Shown here in pieces: positions 18,357 to 27,685 of a stretch of DNA of 64,000 bases (position 1 is the stretch's first letter; every line of letters begins with the position of its first letter). Origin of the DNA: an uncultured Clostridium sp. (GTDB lineage: Bacteria; Bacillota; Clostridia; TANB77; CAG-508); assembly GCA_947646915.1 (NCBI GenBank), contig CANSII010000003.1:5010-69009 (forward strand). Direction: 5' to 3'. The notes under the pieces are model-generated. The model saw only the letters and a list, made by a program, of their open reading frames with translations. It ran no database searches and was not told the DNA's origin. Made by a program: the position numbers and the translations under genes.

Positions 18357-20013
18357 CTAATAAATTTTTAATTTTTCTAAAATTTTAACAAATTTATTAC
18401 CTGCTGGCAACATTTCTAATTCATCTTTAGTAAATATTTTTAATGCTAATACAGATAATACAAATATTATAACTGCAACAAGTATTGCTATTATTGTTGC
18501 CAATCTTTCGACAATTATTCTTTTAAAAACCAAATATATAAAATATGAACAAATACACATCATTATTGTTGCAAGGATTGGTTTAATAACAAATTTAGAA
18601 AATGTAAGATTTAATTTAATATATTTTCTTAATAATGTAAATGCAATTGTAAATGCAACTAAATGACATGCAACAGAACCAATTGCAGCTCCATAAATTC
18701 CTATTTCAGGAATTGGAATTAATGTTACATTTAAAATAAATTTTACAAAAACTCCACATGCTAGAGAAAATGTAGGAATCATTAATTTTCCATATCCTTG
18801 TAAAACTCCATTTATAGTTTGATCTAATATTGTAAATATTATTGTTAATGAGCTTATTTGTAATATTAATGCTCCATCATTTGCATTTGGGAATAATAAA
18901 TTTAGTATTGGTCCGAGCATATATAAACATTCCTACTGTACATGGCAATCCAATTAACATAGATACCAACAATGAAAATGATGTTTTTTGTGTTATTGTT
19001 TTTTTATCTTTTTTTGCTTTTGCTGCAGAAATTGCTGGCACTAGTGCTGTAGCAAATGCTACATTTATTGCTAATGGTAAACTTGTTAAAGTATCAACTT
19101 TTCCTCCTAAAATTCCATATAATGATGTTGCCATATCTTCAGACATAAAGTTTTTTAAATTTCTTACAACTGTAAAAGAATCTATATTTTTATTAATTGA
19201 AGACATAATTGCTGTTAATGTTATTGGTATTGATACTAATAAAATCTTTTTAACTATTTTTGATACACTTTGATATTTATAATTAACTGTATTTTTAATT
19301 TCTGTTGCTATTTCTTTTCTTTCTGTTTTAAAATATAAAAATAAATAACTAAATCCTAAAAATGTTGCAAGTGTTGTGGCTAAGTTTGCTCCTGCTGCCA
19401 TCCACTTTGTTGAGACATTTGATAATATTGCAACTATTTCGACTACTATTATAGTCAATAATGTTTTAAAAACTTGTTCAAGTGATTGAGATTTTGCTCC
19501 TATACTTATTTTTTGTCTTCCATTGAAGTATCCTCTCATTACAGATGCTACGGTTACAAAAAATATTGCTGGTGATAATGCAACTAATGTCATCTCTGAT
19601 TCTGGTATTTGTAACCAATTATTTGCAATAACTTTAGCTCCAAAAAACAATAATAAACTTCCAATTAAGCCAACTATTGCAAATGTTGCGAATGCTATTT
19701 TAAAAATTCTGTATGCACCTTTATTATCTCCTACTGCAACTCTTTCTGATACTAACTTTGATATCGCACTTGGTAACCCTATTGATGATATTGTTAATAA
19801 TAATGCATATATTTGATATCCACTTGCACATATTCCATTTCCTTTATCTCCAAATCCTTCTCTATTTGTTAGATATAGTGTATATACTAATCCTAAAATT
19901 TTTATTAATATTTGTGAAAACATTAATGTTAACACACCTTGCATAAATCCTTCTTTGTTTTGCTTATTTTTTTTCATATGCTTAGGACTTCTTCTGCTTT
20001 TTTTTCTTATCAT
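18357..20013 (-). pseudogene. spoVB: stage V sporulation protein B (MOP-flippase family), one frameshift
   Basis: ORFs 18877-20043 and 18357-18920 are collinear halves of one polytopic protein (...GLPCTVGMFIYA / GPILNLLFPNANDGA...). The frame changes near 18914-18920. Start probably MIRKK at 20013, after AGGAGG. Confidence 0.75.
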
Positions 20014-20044
20014 CTTTCCTCCTACAGTAGATGTCACTATCATA

Positions 20045-20100
20045 ACATCTAATTTCTAACCTCTGACATCTAACTTCCTACTTCTGACCTCTAGTCTCTA
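20045..20100 (-). repeat. eight in-phase heptad repeats (YAGRRGT) immediately upstream of spoVB
   Basis: In spoVB sense: TAGAGAC TAGAGGT CAGAAGT AGGAAGT TAGATGT CAGAGGT TAGAAAT TAGATGT. Confidence 0.8.
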
Positions 20101-20225
20101 TAATATAATTAATATTTAAATTTGCAATTTATTATACCATTTAAGTTTTGGATTTTTTATATTATTTTAATTATAATTTTTATTCATACTTTTATCAATA
20201 GTTTTCACAAATTTTCCAAAAATCA

Positions 20226-20254
20226 TTGACAAATTAGCTTTTTTATAATAAAAT
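20226..20254 (+). promoter_or_regulatory. sigma-A type promoter candidate for rplM-rpsI (implies a ~400-nt leader)
   Basis: TTGACA (20226-20231), 17-nt spacer, TAAAAT (20249-20254). Confidence 0.45.
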
Positions 20255-20662
20255 ACCTTAGTAATTAGAACAAATCGGAAAGCTAATAAATTTATAGTAT
20301 GTTATTTAAAACTATAAAATTTAATTAATAGCAAATTATAAATAGCAAAGCTTTCCGTAAATTTGTTCATGCGCCAAATTGCTGAGACTGTTAAAGTTTT
20401 ACTTTTTACAGTCTCAGTATGCAAGAAATTTGTGTGCAATATGTTTTATATAATAAAAAGTCAGTATGATTTTCCTATTATATAAAAATAAATTAGTTAG
20501 TGCAATTTAAATATAAAACTTCTCCCCGGTGGTTTTTATTTAAATTTCATATTAGGTTAGCTCTTAAATTATTTGATTTTTTAGAGATAACTTATACAAA
20601 AATCTAAAATTTTTGTATTCATTAAAATTAAATTTATAAAAAATAGGAGGGTAATTATTACC

Positions 20663-21100
20663 ATGAATAATACAACATATAGTCCAAAAAAAGGCGAAAT
20701 AGAAAGAAATTGGTATATAATTGATGCAGCAAATAAACCTTTAGGTAGAGTTGCAACTGAAGCTGCAAGATTATTAAGAGGAAAACACAAACCTACATAT
20801 ACACCTAATATGGATACAGGTGATCATGTTATAATTTTAAATGTAAAAGATGTTATTTTAACAGGAAATAAAATAAACCAAAAAATTTATAGACATCATT
20901 CAGGTTATATCGGTGGAATGAAAGAAGTTCCTGCAAAAGTAATGTTAGAAAAAAATCCTGAAAAAGCTATGACATTAGCTATTAAAGGAATGTTACCACA
21001 TAATTCTTTAGGTAGAGCTCAATTAAAGAAATTGAGAGTTTATGCTGGTAGTGAACATGAAAATCAAGCACAAAAACCAAAAGTTTGGGAGGTAAATTAG
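20663..21100 (+). CDS. rplM: 50S ribosomal protein L13
   Basis: 145 aa, ...[35 protein letters not shown]... Confidence 0.97.
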   Translation: MNNTTYSPKKGEIERNWYIIDAANKPLGRVATEAARLLRGKHKPTYTPNMDTGDHVIILNVKDVILTGNKINQKIYRHHSGYIGGMKEVPAKVMLEKNPEKAMTLAIKGMLPHNSLGRAQLKKLRVYAGSEHENQAQKPKVWEVN

Positions 21101-21101
21101 A

Positions 21102-21503
21102 ATGGCTAAATCAGAAAATATTGTTTACTGTGGTACTGGTAGAAGAAAATCTTCTATTGCTAGAGTAAGAATTGTTGAAGGAAATGGAAAAATAACTATT
21201 AATGGTAAAGATATAGATGAATTTTTCGGATTAGAAACTTTAAAAGTTATTGCAAGACAACCTCTTGCTGTTACAAATACTTCTGATAAATATGATGTTA
21301 TTTGTTCTGTTAAAGGTGGAGGTTTTACAGGTCAAGCTGGTGCAATTAGACATGGTATTGCTCGAGCATTAAATGAAGCTAATAGCGAATTTAGACCTGT
21401 TCTTAAATCAAATGGATTTTTAACTAGAGATTCTAGAATGAAAGAACGTAAAAAATATGGTCTTAAAAAGGCTAGAAAAGCTCCTCAATTTAGTAAGAGA
21501 TAA
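21102..21503 (+). CDS. rpsI: 30S ribosomal protein S9
   Basis: 133 aa, [12 protein letters not shown] ... [17 protein letters not shown]. Confidence 0.97.
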   Translation: MAKSENIVYCGTGRRKSSIARVRIVEGNGKITINGKDIDEFFGLETLKVIARQPLAVTNTSDKYDVICSVKGGGFTGQAGAIRHGIARALNEANSEFRPVLKSNGFLTRDSRMKERKKYGLKKARKAPQFSKR

Positions 21504-21576
21504 AAAAGTGCCCTTTTGGGCAAGAGGTCAAAAGCCTATATACAAAGCGGTAATCTATTTCGATTACTGCTTTTTT
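21494..21576 (+). repeat. left direct repeat of the rpsI-3' cassette (includes the rpsI stop and terminators)
   Basis: AGATAAAAAAGTGCCCTTTTGGGCAAGAGGTCAAAAGCCTATATACAA plus hairpin GCGGTAATC..GATTACTGC; repeated at 22866-22951 with 1 mismatch in the first ~50 nt. Confidence 0.85.
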
Positions 21577-21753
21577 ATTATCTTCATAAAAGTCGTTAAA
21601 AGCTGATAAAAGCTGTCAAAAGTCATTGCGTAATATACACACAATATACATACAATATACAAATAAAAAATAACCGTTTTGAAAATTTATATTTTCAAAA
21701 CGGTCATTTTGGTTATATTTATTTTTAATACCACCATTTCTCTGAAATTTAGA

Positions 21754-22611
21754 TTAACTCTTTTCTGATAAAAATTCTTCTAACTCTTTAGCAAATATTA
21801 ATTTTGATATACTTATTTCTCCTTCACTGATTATCTCTGTTTTCGTGTATCTTTGTACAATTCCATTCGTAATATTTACCTCTGAGCAAATATCTCCTTC
21901 TTCTTCTGCTGTAATAGAAAGTGATACTTTTTCATTAGGCATGGTTAGTATAATCCATTTTAATACCGGAAAAACATCATAAAAGTTGTAATCTTTCTCA
22001 TTTATGTGAAAAAGAAATTTCAATACTTTTTTGTCAAACTCGCACCCCATTGTCGGATATTGCATCTTCATTTTGTTGTTAGATGTGTAGAATCTTAATG
22101 TGGCTTCTGTGGTATACTTTTGAGAATCATAGCAAAAATCAACTACTGTGTCATCATTTTTTCCGTCTGGCTTTAATTTCATAGCCCCCGTTTCCATCAA
22201 TATAATAGTTCCGTCTTTAGAAATTTTATAATGAAAATCTCTATCAACTAATGGTTCCAATAAGCTATTTCTTCTTCCAATAATATAGTTCTCTATCTCC
22301 TTGTAAGAATAGATACATATTTTTGACATATAATACTCTTTTCCTTCATTGTCAATAAATATTATATCTAAACTACGGCCATAGCACTTTTCGATTTTTA
22401 TTGGAAAGACTACTTCATGCAATTCGCTAAATAACTCTTTAAAACTTTCAACCCTAATTTCCTTATACCTCTCTAAACGAAACATCCATTCTGCTAAAAC
22501 TTTTTTTACATTTCTTTTTACTACTCTATTTTGAAAAGTAATTCCTTTATAAAAACCATTTGTTGCTAACTTCGTCCGTAATAATGCTAACCTCATTTTT
22601 CTAAATCTCAT
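21754..22611 (-). CDS. hypothetical protein (286 aa), sole cargo of the rpsI-3' cassette
   Basis: Own promoter candidate (TTGATT-17-TAAAAT in minus sense), RBS AAGGAGG 8 nt before MRFRKMRL, own terminator hairpin at 21673-21706. No motif recognised. Confidence 0.6.
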   Translation of the reverse strand: MRFRKMRLALLRTKLATNGFYKGITFQNRVVKRNVKKVLAEWMFRLERYKEIRVESFKELFSELHEVVFPIKIEKCYGRSLDIIFIDNEGKEYYMSKICIYSYKEIENYIIGRRNSLLEPLVDRDFHYKISKDGTIILMETGAMKLKPDGKNDDTVVDFCYDSQKYTTEATLRFYTSNNKMKMQYPTMGCEFDKKVLKFLFHINEKDYNFYDVFPVLKWIILTMPNEKVSLSITAEEEGDICSEVNITNGIVQRYTKTEIISEGEISISKLIFAKELEEFLSEKS

Positions 22612-22865
22612 ATTTTTTCCTCCTTGCAATTGCAAAAATAAATTTTCTACGGGTTTTCAATTTATTTTATCATAATTGTATACATAAATCAATTTTTTTA
22701 TTTAAAAATATGTGTGTTTATTAAATATAAAGTAATTTTCTATTCTCTTTCCTTATAAATATCTATATTCTAACGTTATTAAGAACCACTAAACGTTGTT
22801 TATTAATATACATACAATATACAAAAACTGCTCAAAAGCCTTAAAAATAAGCATTTGCAATTTAC

Positions 22866-22951
22866 TAAAAGATAAAAAAGTGCCCTTTTGGGCAAGAGGT
22901 CAAAAACCTATATACAATACAAAACGGTAATCAAAATAGATTACCGTTTTT
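22866..22951 (+). repeat. right direct repeat of the rpsI-3' cassette
   Basis: AGATAAAAAAGTGCCCTTTTGGGCAAGAGGTCAAAAACCTATATACAA plus hairpin ACGGTAATC..GATTACCGT. Confidence 0.85.
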
Positions 22952-23267
22952 ATCTTTCATTTTCCTCACATTTTATATTTTTTGCATTAATTCTTTTGTT
23001 GATAATAGCTTTAACCTTTCTAGTATTAATCAAATTTTTGAATGCTTTACGAAGGTCTCCTATATATTCTAGTTCTTTTATAACTGGTTGTTTCATAACA
23101 TTTTCTATTGCATCTTCTTCAGTATAACCATTTACAATGCTATTTATTAGCATTTGCAAAACGGTTTCTCTTGCTTTGGAATCCCTTGATTTTTCTTCTT
23201 TTGCTTTTTTATATCGATTTATTTCTAGTTCTGCTTCTATAATATTTCTTCCCTTTATAGCTCTCAT
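22950..23267 (-). CDS. hypothetical protein (105 aa)
   Basis: Start moved to MRAIKGRN, after AGGAG; Lys/Glu-rich helical protein; no family recognised. Confidence 0.45.
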   Translation of the reverse strand: MRAIKGRNIIEAELEINRYKKAKEEKSRDSKARETVLQMLINSIVNGYTEEDAIENVMKQPVIKELEYIGDLRKAFKNLINTRKVKAIINKRINAKNIKCEENER

Positions 23268-23331
23268 TTTACATCTACTCCTAAAAAAAATCTTCTTATT
23301 CACACATAAATTGAACAGAAGATTTTTTACA

Positions 23332-23505
23332 TTAATAATTATTATTTCTTTGTTGTTTTCTAGCTCTTCTACAAGCTGGACATCTTACAGGTTGATTTGT
23401 AAAACCCTTTTCAGCATAAAATTGTTGTTCTCCAGCTGTAAAAACAAATTCTGCACCACAATCTTTGCATGTAAGAGTAACATCTTCAAAAGTTGTTGTT
23501 TCCAT
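23332..23505 (-). CDS. zinc-ribbon domain protein (57 aa, below the ORF-track cutoff)
   Basis: METTTFEDVTLTCKDCGAEFVFTAGEQQFYAEKGFTNQPVRCPACRRARKQQRNNNY; CxxC...CxxC; RBS GGAGG upstream. Confidence 0.7.
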   Translation of the reverse strand: METTTFEDVTLTCKDCGAEFVFTAGEQQFYAEKGFTNQPVRCPACRRARKQQRNNNY

Positions 23506-23662
23506 TTATATAGACCTCCTTCTTAAAATTGATTTGAATTAATTTTATTACTTAACCAATCTAAAGAGAAGGCAAATATTTCAAAATAAATTCATTTATG
23601 TTTCTTTTCTGAAACTAATATAAATATATCACATTTAAATATAAAATGCAAGAAAATTTTAA

Positions 23663-23728
23663 TTTAAGTTTCAGTTTTTTATTTTTTATAAGTTCAATTA
23701 TAGAAAAAAGATATATAACTTTTTTCTA
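23663..23728 (+). repeat. backbone repeat B, empty copy (no R140 core)
   Basis: TTTAAGTTTCAGTTTTTTATTTTTTATAAGTTCAATTATAGAAAAAAGATATATAACTTTTTTCTA; about 85% identical to 24297-24350. Confidence 0.65.
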
Positions 23729-23766
23729 AATAATACAGTTATACAAAAAAACAAAGCTTAAAAATT

Positions 23767-24210
23767 TTAAATATCTTTGTCTAATATTATAGTAACTGGT
23801 CCATCATTAATCAATTCAACTTTCATTTCAGCGCCAAAAATACCTGTTTGTACATTATCAACTTCATCTTTACATTTATTTATAACATATTCATATAATT
23901 CTTTTGCAAAATCAGGTCTTGCAGCTTCTGTAAATGATGGTCTATTTCCACTAGAACAATCTGCATATAGAGTAAATTGTGAAACTAAAAGCAATGCTCC
24001 TTTTATATCTTTTAATGATAAATTCATTTTACCTTTTTCATCCTCAAAAACACGTAAATTAATTAACTTTTTTATTAAATAATCAGCTATTTGTTTATTA
24101 TCATTATGTGTTATACCAATTAAAACTAGAAATCCATTATCTATTTTTCCAACAATTTCATTATTAACCTCAACATTGGCTTTTTTTACTCTTTGAATTA
24201 CAAATTTCAT
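23767..24210 (-). CDS. dtd: D-aminoacyl-tRNA deacylase
   Basis: MKFVIQRVKKANVEV..., SQFTLYADC, GNRPSF; start moved to the ATG at 24210, after AGGGGAG. Confidence 0.93.
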   Translation of the reverse strand: MKFVIQRVKKANVEVNNEIVGKIDNGFLVLIGITHNDNKQIADYLIKKLINLRVFEDEKGKMNLSLKDIKGALLLVSQFTLYADCSSGNRPSFTEAARPDFAKELYEYVINKCKDEVDNVQTGIFGAEMKVELINDGPVTIILDKDI

Positions 24211-24296
24211 ATTATAGTCTCCCCTTCTCATATATATTTAAAATAATGCTCCTTTATTTATAACATACTTGAATTGTATGTGCAATATCAAAAAGG

Positions 24297-24510
24297 TTTA
24301 AGTTTCGGTTTTTATTTTTCAAACTTTATTATAGAAAAAAGATATATATTATAAAGCGAGTTTGACAGTGAGGCGTTATTCATCTTAAGTTATTATAGTG
24401 TGTCTCTTAGGTTTGAATGTTCAATATCTTAATCGCCTTGGAAAACAGAGCTGAATAATATATATCTTTTTTCTATATAATATATTTTTTGCATAATGCC
24501 GAAACTTAAA
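24297..24510 (+). repeat. backbone repeat B carrying an R140 core (filled copy)
   Basis: Outer arms TTTAAGTTTCGG / CCGAAACTTAAA. Inner 22-nt arms TATAGAAAAAAGATATATATTA (24330-24351) / TAATATATATCTTTTTTCTATA (24456-24477) enclose the core GAGTTTGACAGTG...CGCCTTGGAAAAC. Confidence 0.75.
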
Positions 24511-24558
24511 CAAAAAGGATTTAAGACCAAAATAGATCCTAAATCCTTTTTAATAATA

Positions 24559-24936
24559 CTATTCTTCCTCTAAATTCTTAATCTGAACTTTTCTATTTTC
24601 TTGTTTCCTTTGCATATTTCTTAATTGTTCATCACTTAATTCTTGAGCATTTTTTGTTATATATCCAGATGTATTAATATACTTTTCAATAGTATTTTCT
24701 AATTGATCATCTTTAGACTGATTTTCATTTATGCCCTTTATTTGATTTTTTAAATCGTGTATTTGTTGTTCTCTAACTTCTTGAATTTTCTTAGCATTTT
24801 CTTTATTATCAATATTACCAATATTAGAATATTGTTCTAAATGTCTTTTAGTTCTAGTATGATTTTCAACAACATTAATTAAATTTTCTATCTGTTTTTC
24901 TTTTTTTTCTAAATTATCATTATTAAAACTTTCCAT
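24559..24936 (-). CDS. hypothetical coiled-coil protein (125 aa; possibly Tlp-like spore protein)
   Basis: Start at MESFNN, 8 nt after GGAGG; Glu/Asn/Gln-rich. Similarity to Tlp is only an impression. Confidence 0.4.
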   Translation of the reverse strand: MESFNNDNLEKKEKQIENLINVVENHTRTKRHLEQYSNIGNIDNKENAKKIQEVREQQIHDLKNQIKGINENQSKDDQLENTIEKYINTSGYITKNAQELSDEQLRNMQRKQENRKVQIKNLEEE

Positions 24937-25011
24937 TATAAACACCTCCAAAAATATTATAATAATATTATTTACTTTTTTTCAGTTTTTACAAAAGAAA
25001 GTATTGAAAAA

Positions 25012-25729
25012 TTATTCAATAACTTCTAAAGCATCATTTTTATCCAATCCATTTAAATTATAGTAAGAATTAGGAATATGTCCAACAATAACATTTTCAG
25101 CCAATAAAACCTGATTGGTAATATTAGTAGTTATACTTTCAAAAGGTGTTAAAATATTAATTTCGCATTTTACAAATAAATACACTCTATGTAAAGTTTG
25201 ATTTATACCTTGTGATGAAAATTCGCTTCTTAAATCAGTTTCAACATTTCCAATAGTAGAAATTCTTAATTTAACCATTGGACCTCTACCTGCCAACAAT
25301 TTAAATCCTGTAAAACTTCCGAATAGCAATTTCTACATCATCTCTGCCCTGACTATCAATTTCTTTTTGAATTTTTACAGCAATATCTGAAATTATTTCA
25401 TTAATAGGGCTTACATTTGATTTTATCATAATAATATTACCACTATTATCTTTTTCAACTGAGAAAAGTTCTTCATAACTATGTTCTCTCATTACAACAG
25501 TAGCCTGTTCATTAGAAATTATTGTAGCTAGTGATTTTGCTTTATCTGTACATAAAGTATCAAATATTGGCAAAACCGCTTCAAGTATTGTTTTTGCTGT
25601 TATAATTGCGATTAACATTACTGTAAAAATTAATAACATTTTCTTTTTTTTTCTATTTTCTTTACTTTCAAATTTAGCTTGAAAGATAATAGGTAATCTT
25701 ATTCTTGGTCTTGAATAAATTTTACTCAT
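25012..25729 (-). pseudogene. yunB: sporulation protein YunB, one frameshift
   Basis: ORFs 25301-25729 (N-terminal TM, ...DVEIAI) and 25012-25329 (FGSFTGFKLLAGRGP...GINQTLHRV...) are collinear halves. The frame changes near 25318-25326. Confidence 0.65.
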
Positions 25730-27269
25730 AACTATTTACTGAAGTTCTAACATAATTAGGTATGTATAATTTTTGCCCTGTATATATTAGATTTCTATCT
25801 TCTATTCCATTAACTCTTGCAATTGCGTCAACTGTACTTCCAAATTGTTTAGCAATTTTCCATAAACTATCTCCTTTTTTAACAATATATAAAATAATAC
25901 TATAATCTTGTTCTTCTCTTTCACTATTTTCTTCAATACTATCTATTATATTAATATTAGCATTTCTATACATATTAGTATCTGTCTCCATATCTATATT
26001 ACAAGTAACATCTCCACCATCTTGAATAATAAAATCTGATGACTTCATTTCAATATTACTACTTGTATTTAATGTTTCTCCATTTTGTAAATTATCTATT
26101 GTATATTCAAATGGTATTTTTGCATCTTTTATAATAACTTGTTGTTTTCCATTTACAAACATAAATTTCAAATTCATTTCACATTCATACAAAATTTTAG
26201 TATTTATTTTATTCTCATTAACTATTGAAGTATCTACTAAAACATCTATTAAATTTTGATTTTCTATATCTTTTAAGTTGATTTTTTCTCTAATTTGTTT
26301 TATATCTTTTACATTTGTTTTATCTACCATTGTTGAAATTTGTTTTTTATCAAAATCTAAATTTACACATGGACTATACATATCTTGTATTAAATTTATT
26401 TCTTTTTCTTCATATACATCACATTTTACGCCTATTTCTGCTTCAACATATATTGAATGTTCTTCCTGTGAATTTGGTTTTATTATGATGTTCCTTATTT
26501 CATAGTTTACATCACAAATATTTCCTTCAACTACATCTTGTATATCTATAAATCCTACTACAGGTATCTTCATTTTTACTGTGCAAATTCTATTATCTTC
26601 TGTTAAATATAAAATTTTAACTTCAAATTCAGATTTTGCTAAAACTTTATTGTAACTTATCTTTATATCTTTATCTACTATATTTGCTTCAACTTTTAAT
26701 ATTTCTGCTAAATTATCTATATTTTCTATTGATATATTATCTTTTGCATATATTTTTGTTTCACCTTGACCAACTAATGAATTTACTTTTAAATTTTCTT
26801 TTAACATTTGTAAATTGTCTGCATCTTGTATTTCATTTATTATCTCTACTTCATCATTTGAGTATATTTTTAAGTTTACCTCCAATGTTGCTTTTACACT
26901 AACTTTTCTTCCATTTAATACTTTACATTCTATTGATTTTGTTTTTACATCTGTTATGACATTCATTCCTTCTCTACAATCTGACATATTAATATTTTCT
27001 GAAAAATCTAGTGTTGTATTTAATCCTCTTACTGTATCTTCAGTTCCGTCTGGCATATACATTATATAAGTATTTATACATCCATCTAGTCTGATTTTTT
27101 CATCTTGCACTTCTTTTTTATATATGCTTACTACACCACTTGTACATATTGTATTTAATATATCAGGTTTAGAATCTGGTACTATCATATCTCCTTCTAC
27201 AAATATTATTTCTTTCTGTTCCTTAACAAGCTTATTTATTCTTAAATTTTCTCTAACTGGATTTATCAT
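25722..27269 (-). CDS. DUF3794-repeat protein with C-terminal LysM (SipL-like spore morphogenetic protein)
   Basis: 515 aa; C-terminal LysM YIVKKGDSLWKIAKQFGSTVDAIARVNGI...LIYTGQKLYIP. Size and architecture recall C. difficile SipL. Confidence 0.6.
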   Translation of the reverse strand: MINPVRENLRINKLVKEQKEIIFVEGDMIVPDSKPDILNTICTSGVVSIYKKEVQDEKIRLDGCINTYIMYMPDGTEDTVRGLNTTLDFSENINMSDCREGMNVITDVKTKSIECKVLNGRKVSVKATLEVNLKIYSNDEVEIINEIQDADNLQMLKENLKVNSLVGQGETKIYAKDNISIENIDNLAEILKVEANIVDKDIKISYNKVLAKSEFEVKILYLTEDNRICTVKMKIPVVGFIDIQDVVEGNICDVNYEIRNIIIKPNSQEEHSIYVEAEIGVKCDVYEEKEINLIQDMYSPCVNLDFDKKQISTMVDKTNVKDIKQIREKINLKDIENQNLIDVLVDTSIVNENKINTKILYECEMNLKFMFVNGKQQVIIKDAKIPFEYTIDNLQNGETLNTSSNIEMKSSDFIIQDGGDVTCNIDMETDTNMYRNANINIIDSIEENSEREEQDYSIILYIVKKGDSLWKIAKQFGSTVDAIARVNGIEDRNLIYTGQKLYIPNYVRTSVNSYE

Positions 27270-27377
27270 TTTTATCCCTTTCCTTTCTTGAGTTTTTTAT
27301 TAATGTTAATTTTCTTTATACATATATATGTGCATTTTTTTCTTTTATGCTTTTTATTATAGAAAGGTTATAAAATT

Positions 27378-27638
27378 TTAATTATAATTATTTTTATCTT
27401 TATTTGGAGTAATTATGATATTTATTCTAGAATCATATTTATATTGTTTTTCCAACTTTTCTGAAAAGCTTGCTAATTCATTTGGTATTACTATTGTTGT
27501 ATATTGTTGTTCTTTTAATTCATCAATTTTTTTGTCTATATCCTCTGGTTCTTTTACTTCTTCTACATTTATACCTAATAATTTGGGAATATTATATTTA
27601 TTTATATCTTTTTCATATTTTATAAATGATATTTTCAT
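27378..27638 (-). CDS. small hypothetical protein (86 aa)
   Basis: MKISFIKYEKD...; lies between spo0A and the sipL-like gene; a GGACA box lies ~50 nt upstream. Confidence 0.4.
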   Translation of the reverse strand: MKISFIKYEKDINKYNIPKLLGINVEEVKEPEDIDKKIDELKEQQYTTIVIPNELASFSEKLEKQYKYDSRINIIITPNKDKNNYN

Positions 27639-27685
27639 TTTTTTCACCATTTTTAGTTTGGATTTTAAAAGAAAATTTATACAAA

